In this document: positions 58,092 to 64,000 of the stretch, piece after piece
How the letters are laid out: each line of letters begins with the position of its first letter
How positions within the stretch are numbered: position 1 is the first letter of the stretch
DNA from: an uncultured Lachnospiraceae bacterium
GTDB taxonomy: Bacteria > Bacillota > Clostridia > Lachnospirales > Lachnospiraceae
Direction: 5' to 3'
Length of the DNA stretch: 64,000 bases
Assembly: GCA_964566025.1 (NCBI GenBank)
Contig: CAZMHF010000001.1
Location: 24,310 to 88,309 of the forward strand
Position numbers and translations under genes: made by a program
Notes under the pieces: generated by a model
The model's input: the letters and a program-made list of their open reading frames with translations, nothing else
The model's database searches: none
Told to the model about the DNA's origin: nothing

Positions 58092-58942
58092 TCTATCTCC
58101 TGTTTCATAAATTCTTTAATTTGAGCAATATGTTCTACGGCAAAATCATAGCCACTTTGATAATAGTCAAACAACTCCTTCTCTGGTGTATTAAGACGCT
58201 TGATGGAAGGAAGTGTTGGTCGAATAACATAGGCAAGACCTTTTTCTTCTAGCTTTTTCACTAGAGCAAGCGAACGATTATATTCGAGATGCCTACAATG
58301 TATACGACGAACAAGATACGGATATTTTTTATATAAAACAATCGCCAACTTCTCCATCACTTGGTTGCGCTCTTTTATAAATCCTTCTGGTTGCGTAAGA
58401 ATAATGATGTGTTTTTTGTTTCCTTGCTTAATGGAGCGCGCAACTGGAATGGAATCGGCAATACCGCCATCAAAATAAGGCATACCATTTATCTCAACAG
58501 GTTGACAGTAAAAAGGCATCGTGCTAGATGCTTTACAATATAAATAAAGCATCTCCTTATCATCCTTAGCCTCCATATATTCTGCTTTTCCCGTAATGCA
58601 ATTTGTCACAACCAATTCGCATTTTGAAGGGGATGCAAAATAGGTATCATAATCAAATGGAAATAATCGTTCAGGATAATCAACAAATAATTCCGTCATA
58701 TTCAATAATTCTTTATCTCGTAAAATATAAGAATAATCCTTTAACATTTTTTTAGGATTGTACGAAAACACATCCAAGGTTCTTCCTTGTTGTTTTGAAA
58801 GAAAATCAATTGCATTACACGCTCCTGCGGAAACACCAACAACATAATCAAAAAACAATTCTTCTTCTAAGAATTTGTCTAATACGCCACCAGTGAAAAC
58901 ACCACGATTGCCGCCACCTTCTAATACTAAACCAATACTCAT
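58088..58942 (-). CDS. patatin-like phospholipase
   Basis: GGGNRG oxyanion loop, GVSAG nucleophile elbow, catalytic Asp in FDGG. Confidence 0.88.
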   Translation of the reverse strand: MSIGLVLEGGGNRGVFTGGVLDKFLEEELFFDYVVGVSAGACNAIDFLSKQQGRTLDVFSYNPKKMLKDYSYILRDKELLNMTELFVDYPERLFPFDYDTYFASPSKCELVVTNCITGKAEYMEAKDDKEMLYLYCKASSTMPFYCQPVEINGMPYFDGGIADSIPVARSIKQGNKKHIIILTQPEGFIKERNQVMEKLAIVLYKKYPYLVRRIHCRHLEYNRSLALVKKLEEKGLAYVIRPTLPSIKRLNTPEKELFDYYQSGYDFAVEHIAQIKEFMKQEIE

Positions 58943-58956
58943 TGTATAACACTCCT

Positions 58957-60162
58957 TTATTTATCGTACTGAACAAACATATAAAAAGCATCTTTTTTAT
59001 TTCGGATGCACTGCACAGAGGTGCCTTTTCCGTAGTTTAAAAACTGCATTTTAGGATATCGATAGATCTCATAGATTGGTGTTATTTTTTTTGTGAATCT
59101 CTTTTTCCTATTAATGTGTGTAATAATAAGATCAAATTCTGTTGCACAAATTTCAGTATTGGCAATAAAGCGTACGTCGGTCGTGTTCGTGCTTAAGTTA
59201 TACAATTCAACATAATCATTATTATTAACAATGTAAGGATTCTTTTTTAGAATTAATGCTTGCGCATGTTCATTTGTTTTTGCATAAGATTGATTAATGC
59301 ACGAAAAAACCTCTTTCGTGAGAAAGTTATAATAACATACTTCTTCATGCAATGTATCGCGGTTGATTTTTGAATAAATCAAATACGTTCCTTTTCTTTT
59401 TAAGTAAGCAATGGTATTTTCAAAATAGGACTGATCAATGATTTCCATCGTAAAATTGCGTGTTGGTACTGTAATTTCAGAAATAAATTGCGTGATTGAA
59501 ATAAGACATACTGTTTCAATCGGAGCATCTGCTTTTGTTAATGTTTCAAATCGGTCTTTAACATGCAATGAAAACCCTTGTTTGAGCGCACATACATTAT
59601 TCGTAATTGGTATCATATCATCAATACCATGCTTTAAAAATGCATTGTCAACAATATCGTATTGGATTTTGTCATGTACATCGTATAAAAACTTTTCAAA
59701 TGCAAGAAAATCCTCACAGGTTTGCGGATAATTTTCAACTAGTCGCGCAAATTGAACATAAATATATGTCTCATTCAAAATAAATATCTTTAGTTGTTTG
59801 TGTTTTTTATATTTTACAATATCATCGATAAAAGAAAAAATAATCACATTTGTGTTTTCATAAATATCATATGCGTGTAAATTAATCATCATCTCGCCAT
59901 GATTTTGTGTTTTTGTAATACTAAAAAAATACACTAGATTCTTTTGTTTTTCGCCGAATTTTAATTCACCCACATTATATTTTGGTATTTCTGGGGCGAT
60001 CTCAGTTCTTTGATTTGTATCTACTTGATAAAGAAACATACGTACTTTAGAAAAAGGTGCTTTTGATTCAGGGTTATGAATTTTTTGAACACTTAGCACA
60101 TTATCCTTTTCTAAACCGATACATTTTTCATCGGATGCAATTTTAATTATACGAATATCCAC
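58957..60162 (-). CDS. hypothetical cytoplasmic protein (401 aa), no recognised domain
   Basis: GTG start 9 nt after AAAGGA. No TM helix or signal peptide. Beta-rich sequence with recurring aromatic-x-[DN/polar] strand-turn segments. Gaps are 29 nt after proB and 14 nt before the patatin gene. Confidence 0.5.
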   Translation of the reverse strand: MDIRIIKIASDEKCIGLEKDNVLSVQKIHNPESKAPFSKVRMFLYQVDTNQRTEIAPEIPKYNVGELKFGEKQKNLVYFFSITKTQNHGEMMINLHAYDIYENTNVIIFSFIDDIVKYKKHKQLKIFILNETYIYVQFARLVENYPQTCEDFLAFEKFLYDVHDKIQYDIVDNAFLKHGIDDMIPITNNVCALKQGFSLHVKDRFETLTKADAPIETVCLISITQFISEITVPTRNFTMEIIDQSYFENTIAYLKRKGTYLIYSKINRDTLHEEVCYYNFLTKEVFSCINQSYAKTNEHAQALILKKNPYIVNNNDYVELYNLSTNTTDVRFIANTEICATEFDLIITHINRKKRFTKKITPIYEIYRYPKMQFLNYGKGTSVQCIRNKKDAFYMFVQYDK

Positions 60163-60191
60163 AATAAGGTATCCTTTCTATCAGCAATTTA

Positions 60192-61040
60192 CTAATCTAT
60201 CAAACAGCTTACTAAGTCAAAATCCTCTGATTCTTGTTTTAATAAAACCGTTCCTACTTCTTTTCCTTCAATAATATCAAAAATAATGTCTACATTATCA
60301 CTATTACAAATCACCATGTCAGCACCTGCATTGGTAGCAATTTGAGCCGCTTCCAATTTTGCCTTCATACCTCCTGTACCAATCGCACTTGAAGATGTGT
60401 TTTTGCCCATACCAAATAATTCTGGTGTCACTTTTTCAACGACTGAAATAAATTTTGCATCGGGGTTTGTATGAGGATCATCTGAATATAATCCATCAAT
60501 ATCCGATAATAGTATGAGTAAATCGGCATGTATTAAGCTTGACACAATAGCCGATAAGCGATCATTATCACCAAACGTGTCTTCAATTTCATAAGTAGAA
60601 ATCGTATCGTTTTCATTTACAATTGGGATTGCTCCTAGCTTAAATAATTCGTCAAATGTATTAAATGCCAAACTTTTATTTAATCCATTTAGCAATGTGT
60701 TTTTTGTCAATAAAATTTGTGCAGCGACTTGATTATAGGTTGCAAACATTTTTTCGTACACGCGCATCAATTTTGCTTGTCCAATAGCAGCCAAGGCTTG
60801 TTTTTCACCAATCGTTCTTGGCGCAAGATTCATAGCTTTTCTACCAACTGCGATAGCACCCGAAGAAACTAATACAACATCAATTCCCTTGCTATGGATA
60901 TCGCTTAAAACACGCGTTAAATGATCTAATTTCGAATAATTGATATTACCCGTTTCCTTGTGTGTCAAAGATGAAGATCCTATTTTCACAACAATGCGTT
61001 TTTTATGTTTAAACGTTTCTCTATGATTCACAACAAACAT
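60192..61040 (-). CDS. proB: glutamate 5-kinase (short form, no PUA domain)
   Basis: VVKIGSSSL, VLVSSGAIAVG and NENDT motifs, 282 aa. Confidence 0.92.
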   Translation of the reverse strand: MFVVNHRETFKHKKRIVVKIGSSSLTHKETGNINYSKLDHLTRVLSDIHSKGIDVVLVSSGAIAVGRKAMNLAPRTIGEKQALAAIGQAKLMRVYEKMFATYNQVAAQILLTKNTLLNGLNKSLAFNTFDELFKLGAIPIVNENDTISTYEIEDTFGDNDRLSAIVSSLIHADLLILLSDIDGLYSDDPHTNPDAKFISVVEKVTPELFGMGKNTSSSAIGTGGMKAKLEAAQIATNAGADMVICNSDNVDIIFDIIEGKEVGTVLLKQESEDFDLVSCLID

Positions 61041-61071
61041 CTCCTAATTAAAATAATCTACTCTCTAAATA

Positions 61072-62673
61072 CTACAACAAATCGCGGTATTTTTCAATAA
61101 TGAGTTTTGATAGTCTAAGTCCATCACAAGCTGCCGACATGATCCCGCCTGCATAACCAGCACCCTCTCCACATGGATACAAGCCACGTATATTTGACTC
61201 ACCATCATCACTTCGATTAATTCGAATTGGTGAGGAAGTCCTACTTTCGATTCCAGCAAAACAAGCTTCTGGATTATCAAATCCATTAATGCGCTGTCCA
61301 AAATGTTCCATCGCTTCACGAATTGACTCCATAATAAAGGTTGGAAATGCGTGATACAAATCACAGGCTTCATACTCTCCCTTAATACACAATGGATATG
61401 AAAATGGTTCTTTTGTTGGTATGTGATTTGCAAAAGATTCGTAGGATTGAATTGGAATCTTTCCTTTTGCCAAATCAAATGCCACTTCTTCTAATTTCTC
61501 TTGAAAAATCATTCCATCTAACGGAGAGTTTTTAAAATAATCCTCTGGCTTTATCGTAACAACAAGTGCAGAATTAGCACATTGGCTATCACGCTTATAA
61601 TTGCTCATTCCATTGACTGCCAGCTTTCCTGCTTGCGAGGATGCATTGACAACATAACCACCAGGACACATACAAAACGAATATACGCCTCGATTGCTTT
61701 CCTTAGTTGTGTAAGTCACCTTGTATTCAGCAGCCTTATCAATTGGACTATTTTCCGTACCAAATTGTGCTTGATTAATGATGTTTTGTGGATGAACAAT
61801 TCGAAGTCCAACAGCAAATGCTTTTGGCTCCATCGCAATTCCTCTATTGGCTAATTGACGAATTGTGTCGCGGGCGCTATGACCTATTGCCAAAACAACC
61901 TGTTCTGATTCGATAGTTTCCTCATGATTAACCACAACTCCAGAAATCACATTATTTTGAATGATAAAATCCGTTACACATGCACCAAAACGAACCGTTC
62001 CACCCATTTCAATAATATGTTCTCGAATATTCTTAACAACCGTTTTTAGTTTATCTGTTCCAATATGAGGTTTGTTATCGTATAAAATTTCTTCTGGTGC
62101 GCCATGCTCCACGAATAGTTTTAAAATATATTCAATGATAATCGAACGGTTTTTAATCGAGGTGTTTAGCTTTCCATCTGAAAAAGTGCCTGCTCCTCCT
62201 TCGCCAAATTGAACATTTGATTCACCATTCAAAATACCTGTTTCCCAAAATTCTTGAACATCCCTACTACGTTTATCAACATCTTCGCCTCTTTCTAATA
62301 TAATTGGCGAAAGACCAGCCTTAGCAAATGCATAGCCTAGCATTAGACCTGCTGGACCAAAACCGATAACGATAGGTGGCTTTTTAATTTCTTTATTAAT
62401 TGGCGCTGGTTCCTTATAAAAAATATCGACCACCTTTGACACCTGTGGATTTCGATGACTATTTTTTTTAAACCATCGCTCTTCGTCTTTCATTTCAAAA
62501 GCCACTTCATATACATAAAAAAGATTTGGTTTTTTTCGCGCATCTAATGATTTCTTTTTTATATATAGTGCTTTAATTTCTTTTTTTGAAATCCCTGTTG
62601 CTTTTGTGATTTTCAAAACCAACTCATTTTCAGTATGCTTAACTGGTAGTATGACGTTCTTAATTAATAGCAT
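61072..62673 (-). CDS. FAD-dependent oxidoreductase (COG2509-like), function unknown
   Basis: Dinucleotide-binding VIGFGPAGLMLG, GGAGTFSDGKL, GEGAGYAGGI. Confidence 0.75.
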   Translation of the reverse strand: MLLIKNVILPVKHTENELVLKITKATGISKKEIKALYIKKKSLDARKKPNLFYVYEVAFEMKDEERWFKKNSHRNPQVSKVVDIFYKEPAPINKEIKKPPIVIGFGPAGLMLGYAFAKAGLSPIILERGEDVDKRSRDVQEFWETGILNGESNVQFGEGGAGTFSDGKLNTSIKNRSIIIEYILKLFVEHGAPEEILYDNKPHIGTDKLKTVVKNIREHIIEMGGTVRFGACVTDFIIQNNVISGVVVNHEETIESEQVVLAIGHSARDTIRQLANRGIAMEPKAFAVGLRIVHPQNIINQAQFGTENSPIDKAAEYKVTYTTKESNRGVYSFCMCPGGYVVNASSQAGKLAVNGMSNYKRDSQCANSALVVTIKPEDYFKNSPLDGMIFQEKLEEVAFDLAKGKIPIQSYESFANHIPTKEPFSYPLCIKGEYEACDLYHAFPTFIMESIREAMEHFGQRINGFDNPEACFAGIESRTSSPIRINRSDDGESNIRGLYPCGEGAGYAGGIMSAACDGLRLSKLIIEKYRDLL

Positions 62674-63900
62674 TTAACTCTCCTTCATAGCCATTCCGGC
62701 TAAATATCCCGTTGTAAATGCCCATTGTAAATTATAGCCACCACAATCTCCATTAACATCTAGCAATTCGCCTGCTAAATATAGATTCGGGTAGCTTTGA
62801 CATTCCATTGTTTTAGTGTTGATTTCTGATAAATCCACACCACCTCTGCTTACTTGCGAAAACTCAAAATCTTTTGTTCCGTATGGAATCATTTCGTACG
62901 TTTTAATAGCATGAAGAATTTTCTCGATTTCCTCTTTTGAAATATTCTTTATTTTTTTATTTCCATCAATACAAAGCTTATCTAATAATGCTTTGACTAA
63001 TTTTGCATTTAATAAATTACTAAGGAGCGTCTCGATTGTTTTATATTCATGCTGCTTTATGGCAAAGTCTATATAGCTATATAAATCATCAAAGCTCATA
63101 GATGGCATAAAATCAACTTGAATAATGCTATGCTTATTTGTTAGGAGTGCTTCACTAACATGGTGGCTGATATTGAATATGACAATACCACTTATTCCAT
63201 ACTCCGTAAGCTGAACTTCGCCTCTTTCATCGTAATTAATTTGATCCGATTTTATTCGAACAACTGCTTCGGTACGGACACCACTCCATTTTTTCGTAAT
63301 AGCGTCTTGTAACATAATTGCCGTAAGTGCGGGCAATGGTTTGTGTGTCGCTAATTTTATCGTTTGAGCAATTTCTAAGCAGCTTCCATCGTTGCCCATA
63401 TGCTCTCCCGACAATAATCCACCTGTCAGTAGAACCTTGTCTGCTACAAAAATTCTTTTATCTAAAGTCGTAATCACATAGTTTTTTTTATCTTTTTCAT
63501 AATATATATCGCTTACATGTGTATTAAACTCAAATTTCACACGTTTTGATAAGGCTTTTTCATACATCGCACTAACAACAGAAGAAGCTTGGTTTGATTT
63601 TGGATAGGCATAATCTCCTCGATAAGAAAAGAGAATGCCTAGATTATTGAAGATTTCTTCGTATTTATCAATCGATACTTGTTCGATTATCGCTGTCATG
63701 CTATCAGGCGCATTCGTATGAAAATGTGTCAATGATTGATCTTTATTAATCAAATTACATCGACCATTTCCTGTTGCATAGAGTTTTTTTCCAGCTTTAT
63801 TGTTGTGTTCAAGCACCGTAATACAATTTGATGATTCGCTTGCTATTACACTTGCCATTAATCCAGCGGCTCCTGCTCCAATTATGATAATCTGTTCCAC
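62674..63900 (-). CDS. HI0933/BaiN-like flavoprotein
   Basis: IIIGAGAAGLMAS, ATGNGRCN and GGYNLQWAFTTG signature of the HI0933 family. Confidence 0.85.
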   Translation of the reverse strand: MEQIIIIGAGAAGLMASVIASESSNCITVLEHNNKAGKKLYATGNGRCNLINKDQSLTHFHTNAPDSMTAIIEQVSIDKYEEIFNNLGILFSYRGDYAYPKSNQASSVVSAMYEKALSKRVKFEFNTHVSDIYYEKDKKNYVITTLDKRIFVADKVLLTGGLLSGEHMGNDGSCLEIAQTIKLATHKPLPALTAIMLQDAITKKWSGVRTEAVVRIKSDQINYDERGEVQLTEYGISGIVIFNISHHVSEALLTNKHSIIQVDFMPSMSFDDLYSYIDFAIKQHEYKTIETLLSNLLNAKLVKALLDKLCIDGNKKIKNISKEEIEKILHAIKTYEMIPYGTKDFEFSQVSRGGVDLSEINTKTMECQSYPNLYLAGELLDVNGDCGGYNLQWAFTTGYLAGMAMKES

Positions 63901-64000
63901 AAATTGCTCCTATCTACTTAACTACCTTATAACAAATGCATTTTCGTGCAAAATCGCACAAGTTTTCTACCAAAAGGTAATTCATATAAGTCACTCTCAT

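Noticed and set aside
1-64000. Looked for CRISPR arrays, tRNA/rRNA genes, IS elements with inverted repeats, long dispersed repeats, and toxin-antitoxin or defence-island gene pairs.
   Set aside because: I saw no regularly spaced direct repeats, no cloverleaf-like GC-rich segments in intergenic gaps, no transposase-like ORFs and no characteristic defence domains. This was a visual scan only, and short or degenerate elements could have been missed.

Overview
Visibly AT-rich, gene-dense core-chromosome segment of a low-GC Firmicute (Bacillota); I cannot name the genus. I support about 75 CDS and see no rRNA, tRNA, CRISPR array, IS element or prophage. Every CDS from 256 to 26184 is on the + strand: asp23-dak2-recG, rsmD-coaD, pseudouridine synthases, recU, hisZGDBA plus a hisIE fusion, a radical-SAM/TIGR03936/RNase-G trio, and rplU-prp-rpmA-obg-yhbY-nadD-yqeK-rsfS. 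Every CDS from 31620 to 63900 is on the - strand: two flavoproteins, proB, an orphan gene, patatin, miaB-mutS-mutL-miaA, radC-mreC-mreD-pbp2-minD-rodA-mgsA-like, three uncharacterised genes, ylmE-sepF-ylmH, aroB, lspA, rluD and dut-like. The two blocks converge on a mixed region at 26.2-31.6 kb. That region holds lexA with a divergent YneA-like LysM gene behind three SOS boxes, glmS with its ribozyme, a PP-loop ATPase and a long Xer-type recombinase. I found no convincing self-contained novel multi-gene system such as a defence island; most of the window is ordinary housekeeping. The observations most worth a second look are: (1) a his operon without hisH, hisF or hisC whose last gene fuses a degenerate HisF N-terminal half-barrel to HisIE; (2) a terminus-like polarity switch with a long Xer recombinase followed immediately by a dif-like 28-mer; (3) a shape/division supercluster lacking mreB, minC and minE, with a methylglyoxal-synthase-like protein and a DD-carboxypeptidase-like lipoprotein that both appear to have lost catalytic residues, plus a monocistronic mini P-loop gene; (4) an orphan 401-aa protein where proA is expected, next to a patatin gene; (5) an unexplained GC-rich 60-nt hairpin. 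All homology calls were made by eye from motifs, not by database search.
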